In this document: positions 32,598 to 41,456 of the stretch, in pieces
Numbering within the stretch: position 1 is the first letter of the stretch
How the letters are laid out: each line of letters starts with the position of its first letter
IMG/VR virus record: IMGVR_UViG_3300044707_000140
Coordinates: 1 to 64,000 of that record
Length of the DNA stretch: 64,000 nt
Source of the DNA: a virus
Reading direction: 5' to 3' (one strand)
Made by a program: the position numbers and the translations under genes
The notes under the pieces: generated by a model
What the model saw: the letters and a program-made list of their open reading frames with translations, nothing else
Told to the model about the DNA's origin: nothing
Database searches by the model: none

Positions 32598-33569
32598 TTA
32601 GTTATTGCGTCTCCAACCATATCTATTGCTACGGTTGGGTAGTTCGTACATGTTAAATCTGTTCAGGTCATTCTTAATCCTACGTTGCTTAGCCCACGGG
32701 TCTTGTTTCTTAATCTCAATATCAGCCATGATGAATGCCTCCTCAGCTTGTTGTTTGTAATATCCAAGCTTTTGTTGGAGCTGATTAAAGGTTTCATCAT
32801 TGGTCTGGTTAGTGAGGGTTTCCATCATTTTAAACTTGATGAATGCCTCAATATATTCCCTGATACGAAAGTTGTTGGGAATCATTTGATTTCCAATAGC
32901 ATCGTATTCTGTAGCATAGAAAATCAGATGCACAATACCATTACGGAAGTTAGTGACAAACTTATTGTCTCTAACGTCAAATGAGTCATACCCAGCAGAA
33001 CCAGGTGTGAACTCACGTAGAGGAGGAGCTTCTGAATAGAACTCCCAATTGCTAGTGTATTCCACTCCACAGTTTCTTTGAGCCGAGATGTTACCAGGTT
33101 TAAGTAGGTATTGTCTTTGATAAAGAACAGGAGCTTGATTGTTTGTTTTGTAGACAGTCTGGATTATTTCAGGCATACAAGATCCATCACATCCCACATT
33201 TCCACAACAAGGGCTAGGGATAGAGCAATCTGTAACAATAGGGCTCACCTGAATAGTAGTGGCTGTAGCAGCCTGAGAATAGAATGAGTTTGCTTGTTGA
33301 TAAGGATAACCATTTACAGCTGTACAAAGCCATGCCTCACGAACAGCATAAAAGTTGTCTGGGAGTCTAGCTTCGTAGTCACAGATGTTTAACACTTGCT
33401 CCTGAATCACAAACGTAGCTCTGCCTAGTTTGAGTAGACATTTCTCTAGGTATGTAGGAAACATAAGATCGTCAATAGCCCCTGTATCGAAGTAGCTTTT
33501 AAACTCTTCCTTTACAGTGGAATAGACAATCTCAGGGGAGATAAAGTTATATTTGTAATAGTATGACAT
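32598..33569 (-). CDS. Tail ring/tubular protein (P22 gp4-like)
   Basis: 323 aa; synteny upstream of the muzzle gene; F.TNF.NG.VHL..Y...D..G..MIP motif. Confidence 0.7.
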   Translation of the reverse strand: MSYYYKYNFISPEIVYSTVKEEFKSYFDTGAIDDLMFPTYLEKCLLKLGRATFVIQEQVLNICDYEARLPDNFYAVREAWLCTAVNGYPYQQANSFYSQAATATTIQVSPIVTDCSIPSPCCGNVGCDGSCMPEIIQTVYKTNNQAPVLYQRQYLLKPGNISAQRNCGVEYTSNWEFYSEAPPLREFTPGSAGYDSFDVRDNKFVTNFRNGIVHLIFYATEYDAIGNQMIPNNFRIREYIEAFIKFKMMETLTNQTNDETFNQLQQKLGYYKQQAEEAFIMADIEIKKQDPWAKQRRIKNDLNRFNMYELPNRSNRYGWRRNN

Positions 33570-33574
33570 CTAGT

Positions 33575-34051
33575 TTACTTTTTCCATTCGTGATAAATAT
33601 GTTGATACCTATCGTTGGTTTTGATATAGTGAGATAACAATCTGGATGTTGTTCTGGAGGGTTTGAAATACCACAGTTTTGAATGTTTAAACCTTGCTGT
33701 ATCCTTGAACCAAACCCATCCAAAGAAATAACCCTCTGTGTGAAAGTTGAAATTATATATACGCTTACCTTTCTCTTTTGTCTTCTTCCAGTCTATAGGC
33801 AGGTTGATAAACTCTTTCCCATCCACTCCCTTCATCTTCCTACGCTTCTTCTTGTTTATTGAAAACTCACCAAACCCAAATGGAAGCTTTGCTCTTTCTC
33901 CTGTCTCTAGAATGTACTCTTTGAAAGCATCACTAAAACCATAGACAATATTTCTCCATTCATCAAATGTTAATTTGACGGAGGGGTTTTTCTTACAGAA
34001 ATTGTTGTAGTTATCTTTACTGGCGCTTCTCCAGTCTATTTTAACTCGCAT
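33575..34051 (-). CDS. IHF/HU-like DNA-binding protein
   Basis: LPFGFGEFSI.KK..., IDWKKTKE; conserved crAss-like IHF position between ring genes. Confidence 0.75.
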   Translation of the reverse strand: MRVKIDWRSASKDNYNNFCKKNPSVKLTFDEWRNIVYGFSDAFKEYILETGERAKLPFGFGEFSINKKKRRKMKGVDGKEFINLPIDWKKTKEKGKRIYNFNFHTEGYFFGWVWFKDTARFKHSKLWYFKPSRTTSRLLSHYIKTNDRYQHIYHEWKK

Positions 34052-34779
34052 TATCTAGTGTTTGGAACATTAGGTGCTTGACCATCAACTCCATCACTTG
34101 TAATGTCTGTCTTTAATCTAAAGTAGGTGGATAGTAACTTCTGGGAAGTTAGCTCTAACACTTGCTTTTCTAGGTAGCCAGGAACAGGAGACTCTTTATC
34201 AAGAGGATTCTTGCAAAGTTCTTCTGTTGTATATTCTGGGGTACCACAGCCACATTCTGGAAACATAATGGAATTTGGAACATCCTCCTCGAACAAAGCA
34301 ACAAGTCTGATGGCTTTCAGAAGGGGGTTATTCACATAGAGATATCCATTAGCAATCCAGTAGTATTCTTCCTTCTTAATGATAGGAAGCTTAAGCAAGT
34401 TGATATATCTATTGATGGTTATTTCTTTTAGTTTCTTTCCTTGTCCACTTAATGCATTAATAGAGTAGACACCCTGGATAACGTATTGATAATTACCCTC
34501 TGTAATGCGTGGCAACTTAAATTTGGTTCTTGCCACCGTGCAAGGATCTACATAATCACAACATTCAGAAATAGGAACTTCCACCATCTCTAGACAAGGG
34601 ATGGTGGTGAACACTGTATCAGTGGCCCACAACTTCCTTAGATTAGTCTCACGTTTAATCAAAAGGAAGGCATTATTCTTAATCTCGGACATAACAGCTC
34701 TATCCGTGATCAAGTTGTCTGTAGACAGCAACTTGTGCATAGAGCGTACATCCGAAACTAATTTCCTAAAAGTAGACAT
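34051..34779 (-). CDS. Tail ring protein
   Basis: 242 aa; CLEMVEVP...C...LP...YY.I.NGYLY pattern; synteny. Confidence 0.65.
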   Translation of the reverse strand: MSTFRKLVSDVRSMHKLLSTDNLITDRAVMSEIKNNAFLLIKRETNLRKLWATDTVFTTIPCLEMVEVPISECCDYVDPCTVARTKFKLPRITEGNYQYVIQGVYSINALSGQGKKLKEITINRYINLLKLPIIKKEEYYWIANGYLYVNNPLLKAIRLVALFEEDVPNSIMFPECGCGTPEYTTEELCKNPLDKESPVPGYLEKQVLELTSQKLLSTYFRLKTDITSDGVDGQAPNVPNTR

Positions 34780-36029
34780 TATAAGTACTGTTTGAATATG
34801 TTTGTTATTCCATAATCGAAGTCTATGAGAAATCCAGTCACCTCACCTTTTGTAATAGTGTACCCATTTTTATCATCCCAAGAGCTTTTAGCTGTTGAGA
34901 ATGCAGGGAGCTGGAAGAACTTAATTCCATTAAAATCCAGGCTCACTTCGTGATGTTTGTCTCCTGTGAAGATGTAGAAGTTCTCATGGTTAGACCATGC
35001 TTCTTTATACTCCATAGGAAACAGACCAGCTAGTTTGGCAGGTTTCAAAGCATCCCCATGATTGAACATCATGGCAGAGCTTCCGTAGCTAACATACTTT
35101 CTATATCTTGGAGAGATGTCAAAAGAGACACGCTCTTCATTTCTAAAGTAGGTCTGTAACCAGCTAGCTAAGTGCCATCCTACAAACTCATCGTGATTAC
35201 CAGCTACAAATATCACCTCTATATCAGAGCTTTTTTGAAGAAGCAGATTTATTACATTTATCTCATGATCACAAATCCTTTGGAAAGCACTGTGATAGGA
35301 CAGAATGTTTTGTTGAGGTGTACCCTTTGTAGTTGTGTTAGTGAACTCACTATTAAATTCGTCTGACCCAATTATGTATTTAATATCTGTAATATTGTTA
35401 GAAAGAGCAGCTTGATTAAGAATTGTTTCTACCTTTTCAATGTAAATAGCAAATCTTTCATTAATATCATTGTTTCCTTCTATATCTAGTTTGTTCAGAT
35501 GGGAGTCTTGTTTGTTAATTACCAAACAAGCATCTGCTTTAGATGACTCAAACTTAGGAGCCATTATCTCGGGAGATACTGGTTGGTAGGCCTCTAAAAA
35601 AGAAATGAACGAGTCTTGGAAAACTTGTTCATTGTTTTTCTTACCTAACCAAGCCTTCACTTGATAGTGAGGGGTTTCAGCATTGCCCCAGTAGTTTTGA
35701 ACATATTTAGTTATCTCCCACTTGTCCGTATCAATCTTGCACTTTTCAATCAGCTCATCTAAACTTTTGATTTCTTCTTTACTATTGAAAACCACCTCAC
35801 CAGTTCCTTTCTGTACATCCTCGAAAAACCTCACAATTTGGTCTTCTAGTTCTCCAATGTAGTTCCCAACCTCTGCATCATTTTCTGCAGTTTCTGAATT
35901 TCTTAACTCTCGTATCAACGCATCCACCTCATCCTCTGTAATGTTTAGTTTCTCTGCGTAGAACTTTTTGCTCTTTTTCCAGTGTAGCATCTGCTCCATC
36001 TGGTGCAGAAGGGATTGATTTTCAGGCAT
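34779..36029 (-). CDS. Calcineurin-like metallophosphoesterase with N-terminal HTH-like segment
   Basis: DSH, GSD, GNHD, HGD and GDKHH motifs in canonical order. Confidence 0.8.
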   Translation of the reverse strand: MPENQSLLHQMEQMLHWKKSKKFYAEKLNITEDEVDALIRELRNSETAENDAEVGNYIGELEDQIVRFFEDVQKGTGEVVFNSKEEIKSLDELIEKCKIDTDKWEITKYVQNYWGNAETPHYQVKAWLGKKNNEQVFQDSFISFLEAYQPVSPEIMAPKFESSKADACLVINKQDSHLNKLDIEGNNDINERFAIYIEKVETILNQAALSNNITDIKYIIGSDEFNSEFTNTTTKGTPQQNILSYHSAFQRICDHEINVINLLLQKSSDIEVIFVAGNHDEFVGWHLASWLQTYFRNEERVSFDISPRYRKYVSYGSSAMMFNHGDALKPAKLAGLFPMEYKEAWSNHENFYIFTGDKHHEVSLDFNGIKFFQLPAFSTAKSSWDDKNGYTITKGEVTGFLIDFDYGITNIFKQYL

Positions 36030-36057
36030 TTACGATTTAGTTTAGTTAAAATTGCCA

Positions 36058-36089
36058 TAAAGGTAGAAAACTTTTTGATATTTTCCAAA
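36058..36089 (-). promoter_or_regulatory. Bacteroidota sigma70-type promoter
   Basis: TTTG(36089-36086)-N20-TACCTTTA(36065-36058). Confidence 0.6.
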
Positions 36090-36133
36090 TTATTTTAAGC
36101 ACTTAGGTTAGTGTGGATAACTAAGTTGGTTAT

Positions 36134-36168
36134 AAATAAAAACTCCCCAGGGTAGAGACCCCAGGGAG
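36134..36168 (-). terminator. Rho-independent terminator
   Basis: CTCCCTGGGGT-CTCT-ACCCTGGGGAG followed by TTTTTATTT, after the 193-aa gene. Confidence 0.7.
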
Positions 36169-36205
36169 AATACCCTGAAAACCAACAAACAGGGTTTTTG
36201 ATTAT

Positions 36206-36787
36206 TTAAAGACCGCAAGGTCCTGTAGGTGTTATACTTCCACTTCCTCCAGTTTGAACAACTGTTCCAGTTTCTGCACATATTGATATGCCACCTGAAC
36301 CTACAGTTTGTGTTAAGAATTCACCTGAGCATGCAAACCACTCTATACTAATAGATGGACTACCCACCACATCATATTGTGTACAGTCTAAAGGAGCTTC
36401 TGTAGTGGTGGTGGTAGTTGTAGGTGGTGGCTCTGTAGTGGTTGTTGTAGTTGTTGTTGGAGGTACTTCTGTAGTGGTGCTTGTTGTAGTAGATGTACTA
36501 GTAGACGTACTAGTTGATGTACTTGTAGTGGTTGTAGAAGAAGTTGATGTTGTGGTGGTACACTCTCCACTTATTGTAATATCTATGTAATTGGTGCAAA
36601 GTGCACTATTAGACATCACCCTAATAATAGTGGTTCCATTAGGAACCAGAGATGTTGTGTATCCAGATAAAAGAGCCGCTTTACTCACACCAGTCTCGAA
36701 AGCTGATACAAACCCATCAACATCTGAGTAGAGATTGAATGGGCCTGTATCAGTTCCAGCTGTTGTTAATGTTATTGTTACAGTCAC
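36206..36787 (-). CDS. Modular surface protein: GPFN domain + Thr/Ser linker + Cys domain
   Basis: Translation; GTG start. Confidence 0.7.
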   Translation of the reverse strand: MTVTITLTTAGTDTGPFNLYSDVDGFVSAFETGVSKAALLSGYTTSLVPNGTTIIRVMSNSALCTNYIDITISGECTTTTSTSSTTTTSTSTSTSTSTSTTTSTTTEVPPTTTTTTTTEPPPTTTTTTTEAPLDCTQYDVVGSPSISIEWFACSGEFLTQTVGSGGISICAETGTVVQTGGSGSITPTGPCGL

Positions 36788-36798
36788 AAATCAGTTGT

Positions 36799-37362
36799 TT
36801 AGACAGTGGTTGTAGTGGTAGTAGTTGTGGGAGGTGCAATTGTTGTAGTGGTAGTGGTTGTAGGTGGTGTAATCGTAGTGGTTGTTGTAGTTGTGGGACA
36901 CGCTCCAAGAGTTGACAGCGTTACACCAGGGGTTGGTGGTACAACAACAGATTCTGTACAAGCACAGACGTAAATAGTACCAAACGCACCAACCACAGCA
37001 GTTGTATAAATACCACCACAAGAATAGTAAATAATCTCTGCAGGAGTAATTGTACTGTTGTTTACAGAGTAAAACTCACAAGAAGGACATGCTATTGTAG
37101 TTGTAGTGGTTGTTGTAGAGCTAGTGCTTGTGGTAGTTGTAGTAGTTGTTAAACTATTCACCAGTGTTTGAAGAGCTGTAATTTGACTCTGCAAATCACA
37201 CACCTCAGCATCTATTTTTTGTAGAGATACAGTGACTGTATCACATGTATGAATTCCTGTACAAGGCAGGTTAGGACCACTATAGCACACATTATCTGTT
37301 GGTGTACATGGAACATTACAGGGGTCTACAGGAGCGTAGTTAGGTTGATTGCAACAAGACAT
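36799..37362 (-). CDS. Modular fibre-like protein: docking motif + coiled coil + Thr linker + Cys domain + Thr tail
   Basis: CYSGPNLPCTGIHTCDTVTVSLQKID, heptad repeats, poly-Thr tracts. Confidence 0.7.
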   Translation of the reverse strand: MSCCNQPNYAPVDPCNVPCTPTDNVCYSGPNLPCTGIHTCDTVTVSLQKIDAEVCDLQSQITALQTLVNSLTTTTTTTSTSSTTTTTTTIACPSCEFYSVNNSTITPAEIIYYSCGGIYTTAVVGAFGTIYVCACTESVVVPPTPGVTLSTLGACPTTTTTTTITPPTTTTTTTIAPPTTTTTTTTV

Positions 37363-37382
37363 TATATAATTATTTTAAACTA

Positions 37383-38471
37383 TTAAGGAATATACATGAT
37401 ATAGTAACATCCAAGACCAGGCTGGAAGTTCGGGTGACCTAATCCTCCTCCTGCAGAACCAACACTGACTGCCACAGAAACTCCTGTAACTGCTGTGTTT
37501 GTGGTGGTTGACGAACTTTTTGTACCATCTTGATCCATGTAATCAGCAACCGCTCCTGGCTCATCTGGATCAGAAAATCCAGGTGCATACGCAAGAGTGT
37601 GTGTATGTCCAGGGTCAGTTACAGTGGCTGTAGCTGAGTGAGAGTGAGCAGCAATCTGAGCAGAGGTAAGTACAATAGAGTTGGCTCCTTGTGTTCCTAG
37701 TAATGTATAAGAAGGATTTCCAGCAACCGCAGGATCAACAGCAGGATTGAGGGGTCCTCCACCCATGCCTGTTGTAGTACCTACAGGTACACGCCCTCTT
37801 TTATCAGGAGTTCCGTTGTTACCATTACAGAGGTAGATTTTATCAAAAGCACCAATACCTGCACCAGATACATCGAAATTACCAGTCAGTGAACCATAGT
37901 ATTCAACAACAGTGAAAGGCACCATTCTATCCTTGTATGAAGTAGTAGGAGAAGGTGGTGTACAAGCTGCCACTAGAGCGCACAGTTCTGATTTCTTTAC
38001 ATAGTTAGTTTCAACATCTATTACAAAAGCATCAAAGTCAGCAATGTGTGCACAGAGCTTTGTAATTACTGCCTGAAGGATGGCATGAGTTCCAGAAGTG
38101 GAAGTTACACCATCTAGACATCCTACAGTGTAGGGTCCTTCTAGTGCAGCAAAGTCATCCTCTAGAGCAGTAACTCGTGTGTCTAGCTCACATACAGCTT
38201 TGATAATAGCATTGATTACATTAGGAAGTGTAAGGTCTTCACAGGCTACTAGATTCTTATTAACAATCTCACAAATGATTTGTGGGTTAATGTCTAGTTT
38301 AATACCTGTACCGTTTAGTGTAGAGACAAGAAATCCAATCAATGCTTGCTCTACATAAGAGAGCGAATCACCAGTTTTGATTCCCAAAATAGGAACATCA
38401 ATACCTGTATACTTAACACACTGATCAGAAACAATCTCTGTACATCCGTTATAGCAATTTGAGCAAGACAT
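37383..38471 (-). CDS. Fibre protein with tail-collar domain
   Basis: LCNG.NGTPD.RGRV.VG ... LT..QI.AHSH ... H.N.QP...YIM (tail collar / microcystin-dependent-protein-like); N-terminal docking motif. Confidence 0.8.
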   Translation of the reverse strand: MSCSNCYNGCTEIVSDQCVKYTGIDVPILGIKTGDSLSYVEQALIGFLVSTLNGTGIKLDINPQIICEIVNKNLVACEDLTLPNVINAIIKAVCELDTRVTALEDDFAALEGPYTVGCLDGVTSTSGTHAILQAVITKLCAHIADFDAFVIDVETNYVKKSELCALVAACTPPSPTTSYKDRMVPFTVVEYYGSLTGNFDVSGAGIGAFDKIYLCNGNNGTPDKRGRVPVGTTTGMGGGPLNPAVDPAVAGNPSYTLLGTQGANSIVLTSAQIAAHSHSATATVTDPGHTHTLAYAPGFSDPDEPGAVADYMDQDGTKSSSTTTNTAVTGVSVAVSVGSAGGGLGHPNFQPGLGCYYIMYIP

Positions 38472-38738
38472 TTATCTAAATTTTAGAAGTTTAATTCTGC
38501 TGGCAATCATGTTCACAGTGAACGCAGCATTATAATTTGGATTGCAATATTTATATGTAAGAATTCTCCTGTAGTTCAGGAGATCCAACATTGTTCCACC
38601 AGGAACAGGTTGGTTTAGAATAAAGACAATATTATTGTACAGATTGCTTGCTAAGTCAGCTAACTTGCAGTCAATCTCAGCAATTAATGCTGGGATATTA
38701 GCACATTCTGGACAATTTGTAAGCCTGGGTGATAACAT
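38472..38738 (-). CDS. Small Cys-containing structural protein
   Basis: 88-aa ORF tightly packed in the operon. Confidence 0.6.
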   Translation of the reverse strand: MLSPRLTNCPECANIPALIAEIDCKLADLASNLYNNIVFILNQPVPGGTMLDLLNYRRILTYKYCNPNYNAAFTVNMIASRIKLLKFR

Positions 38739-38850
38739 TTGTTATAATTTTTTGTCCTTGTTTAGTGGCTGCATTGCACAGCCCACAAAGACCGTTAATC
38801 AATTGACATCCACACCCAACATTAGCTCCACAATTTCTACACTTTGCCAT
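38698..38850 (-). CDS. 50-aa Cys-rich protein (not in ORF track)
   Basis: MAKCRNCGANVGCGCQLINGLCGLCNAATKQGQKIITNVITQAYKLSRMC; ATG lies 1 nt after the upstream stop. Confidence 0.65.
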   Translation of the reverse strand: MAKCRNCGANVGCGCQLINGLCGLCNAATKQGQKIITNVITQAYKLSRMC

Positions 38851-38851
38851 A

Positions 38852-39415
38852 TTAGTAAAAGTTTATTACGTAGTTATTTCCAGAGCAACCACAGTTATTT
38901 CTGAGGAAGTTGTCAAGCATTATGTCTGCCTGGTTATATAACCTCATCGCATCCTGTGTAGCGCAGTTGTTAGCTGCAGCTATAGATCCTTGAATGAAGA
39001 AATATATGGAAGTGAGGTTCACCTTTGCTTGTGTTTTAATAGCTCTATCACATTCCATCATATCAAGCTTCATGAATGCGCCATCAAACTTTTCTTGTAA
39101 TCTCTCAACACGCATAATTGACTTTTCTACAAAGTTTACATATGCAGGTGCCACTGAGTATTTTAGAAAATACACACCATCAGGAAGTGGTTGTTCCACA
39201 CCTGGTGCAGTGATACCCAAGTTTGAAGAGTTGAAAACATTAAAATCGTTAACGCTGAAAGGTCTAAATACAATACCAAAACCAGGAACATTAATCTCAA
39301 TAGTAGCTCCAGAAACAACAGGAGGGTTTGTAGGATAGACAGATGCATCAGCAACTCCCAACGTAAGTGTGTTATACGTAGGAATCACTAGTATGTCTAA
39401 TTTCAAGTCTGCCAT
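38852..39415 (-). CDS. Structural protein (tail-hub/Ig-like)
   Basis: LPDGVY..KYSVAP motif and C-terminal CGC; position typical of crAss-like hub genes. Confidence 0.55.
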   Translation of the reverse strand: MADLKLDILVIPTYNTLTLGVADASVYPTNPPVVSGATIEINVPGFGIVFRPFSVNDFNVFNSSNLGITAPGVEQPLPDGVYFLKYSVAPAYVNFVEKSIMRVERLQEKFDGAFMKLDMMECDRAIKTQAKVNLTSIYFFIQGSIAAANNCATQDAMRLYNQADIMLDNFLRNNCGCSGNNYVINFY

Positions 39416-39431
39416 GTTGTTTTAAATAAAT

Positions 39432-39472
39432 AAGCCAGAGGATCTGAGTTTGTATCCTCTCACCTCTGGCTT
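39432..39472 (-). terminator. Stem-loop after auxiliary capsid gene
   Basis: AAGCCAGAGG...CCTCTGGCTT inverted repeat followed by ATTTATTT on the minus strand. Confidence 0.55.
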
Positions 39473-39508
39473 AGGTTAATATAATATTTCTATGTCTCTA
39501 TCCTACTA

Positions 39509-40696
39509 TTACGGAATCAAAGTTGATGTAGTAGTAGTAGAAGGCCATACAGTGGTTGTGGTAGATGTAGTGGTGATACAAGAGTTATCAGCAGTTACAG
39601 TACCAAGACCAGCCTCAAGAACAGCCTCAATCAATCCACCAATTGGGTTCGCAGAACCATTGGATTGTGTTTGAGGAGTAGCAATGATTACAGTGCTGTC
39701 TTCAAAGATGTAGTCACCCCATTGATAAGTAGATTTGTCATAAGTGTTGAACTTGATGTAGTAAGTGTCATAAGTAACACCATCACTTACCCAGCTTTCA
39801 AAGTTCTCGTTATAACCATTCATTCTGTAGAGGTGCTTCAAATATCCAGCCTGATAGCTGTAGAAGTTCTTCTCCAATTGAGCAATCTCAGCAGAAGTAC
39901 CAACAGCGTAAGAAGAACGCTGAATGATTACAGGAACTGCTGCAGTGTTACAAGCATCAGCAACGATGAAGTCAGCTGTAGTTGCAGGTCCATTGATAAT
40001 GAACGTACGGAACCACATGCGGTCATACTCGAAAGGAAATGCTGCCACATCACAAGGCTGACCATATTTAGTAAGAGGCTTACCAGTGATACGGAGAACA
40101 GCGTTTTGGTCGTTACCAAGTCTCTGGAACTGATAGAAGTCAGAGAAAGTGATGTTGTCAGGGTTGTTACCAGGAGCCTGATACAGGAAGTGAAGGATGA
40201 TGTCATCGATCAAAGCAGGCACATCAACAGTAGTACAAGGATCACCACCACAATCGCAACAAGGTGCATTTACAGTTACTGAACGAGTGAAACCGTTGAA
40301 GTACAGAGTGTCTAAGTAGCTAGAGTGAGCACGCAAAGTTACAGTGATAACATCACCACACTGTACGTTCCAATCTCCAACATCTGTAATCTGAGTGATA
40401 GGAGTAGGGCAACCTTGCACCTTGTACCACTCAGTTACGTTGCTGTTGCAACCAGATCCTGAAGGACAACCTTTAATCTTATCAGAACGCTTAGAGCCTT
40501 GCAGATAAGTGTTAGTACGGCCCTGCGCAACATAGAAATAAGGAGCAGCAGCGATGTTACCAGCTGTTGCAAGAGTGTAGTCATTGCGGAATATACCCAC
40601 CTGACCTGCTGTTAAATCTTGCGTAGATCCAGAGCTAGGGAGCGCAGTTTGCCCTACTGGTACTACGAACAGCGTAGTTAATGAAAAATCAGCCAT
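39509..40696 (-). CDS. Auxiliary capsid/decoration protein with Thr-rich tail
   Basis: 395 aa; codon usage resembles the MCP; position matches the crAss-like auxiliary capsid gene. Confidence 0.6.
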   Translation of the reverse strand: MADFSLTTLFVVPVGQTALPSSGSTQDLTAGQVGIFRNDYTLATAGNIAAAPYFYVAQGRTNTYLQGSKRSDKIKGCPSGSGCNSNVTEWYKVQGCPTPITQITDVGDWNVQCGDVITVTLRAHSSYLDTLYFNGFTRSVTVNAPCCDCGGDPCTTVDVPALIDDIILHFLYQAPGNNPDNITFSDFYQFQRLGNDQNAVLRITGKPLTKYGQPCDVAAFPFEYDRMWFRTFIINGPATTADFIVADACNTAAVPVIIQRSSYAVGTSAEIAQLEKNFYSYQAGYLKHLYRMNGYNENFESWVSDGVTYDTYYIKFNTYDKSTYQWGDYIFEDSTVIIATPQTQSNGSANPIGGLIEAVLEAGLGTVTADNSCITTTSTTTTVWPSTTTTSTLIP

Positions 40697-40724
40697 TTTG
40701 TTTTATTTTAGGTGATTAAAAAAT

Positions 40725-41456
40725 CTATTCGTTTGTCTGTATCCTGAATTGTGCACTTTGAACAGCAGATTGGTTCTCAGTGTACATTGCAAGGTTTTGT
40801 ACTGTTAAGTCTAACAGCTCATCCTCCAGATATAGTTCAAGTTCGCAGTCTTGATCAAATGATGGTTCTCCATCTAGCATGATATATCCTGTCTTATTTA
40901 TATACAAAGGATAACGCATGTAGGACATGTAAATCTTGCTCGGAGTGAAGGTACCATCAGTGAAGATGGATATTTCATCTGTAGAGAGGAAGTTGAAAGT
41001 CTCTTGATATTCAAAAGAAGGCTTGTAGTGATCATTGTTCAGAATGAACTGTAAGTCACCATGTTTAGCCAAGTCTCTGTTAATCCAGATCTTTCTATCC
41101 TTACACACCCCTTTGTCAGCTAGTACATATGCATCAATATAGAACATGTACTTAGGAACAAGTAGGTGCAGATTAGCAAACCATTGATTTAGTTCAGCGT
41201 TCTTGAGAGTGAGAGCAAGAGGTTGATTGTTATACGTGACCACTAAGCTTTGGAGGTCCTCATAACGCTTCTTGAAAGCATCGAGACCCATTCCACTTAT
41301 TACACTAAAACCATCAACCTTTTGTTTTATCAGCTTAATCTGGGCCTCATTGAGAGCCAGAATTTTATCTTCTAAGTTTATCTGCTGGTGTATATTGGTC
41401 GATAGTTTATTTAGTTTTTGGTCAATCTTATATAATAAACTATCTACTGGTATCAT
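40725..41456 (-). CDS. Ring/adaptor protein 1
   Basis: K.NK........EDK...LNEAQ...K...KR.EDLQ.L...Y.RYP...CEL pattern. Confidence 0.7.
   Translation of the reverse strand: MIPVDSLLYKIDQKLNKLSTNIHQQINLEDKILALNEAQIKLIKQKVDGFSVISGMGLDAFKKRYEDLQSLVVTYNNQPLALTLKNAELNQWFANLHLLVPKYMFYIDAYVLADKGVCKDRKIWINRDLAKHGDLQFILNNDHYKPSFEYQETFNFLSTDEISIFTDGTFTPSKIYMSYMRYPLYINKTGYIMLDGEPSFDQDCELELYLEDELLDLTVQNLAMYTENQSAVQSAQFRIQTNE

Noticed and set aside
27538-37150. CRISPR array or DGR repeats in GTA/GTT/GTG-rich tracts
   Set aside because: These are in-frame Thr codons; no repeat-spacer pattern and no reverse transcriptase.
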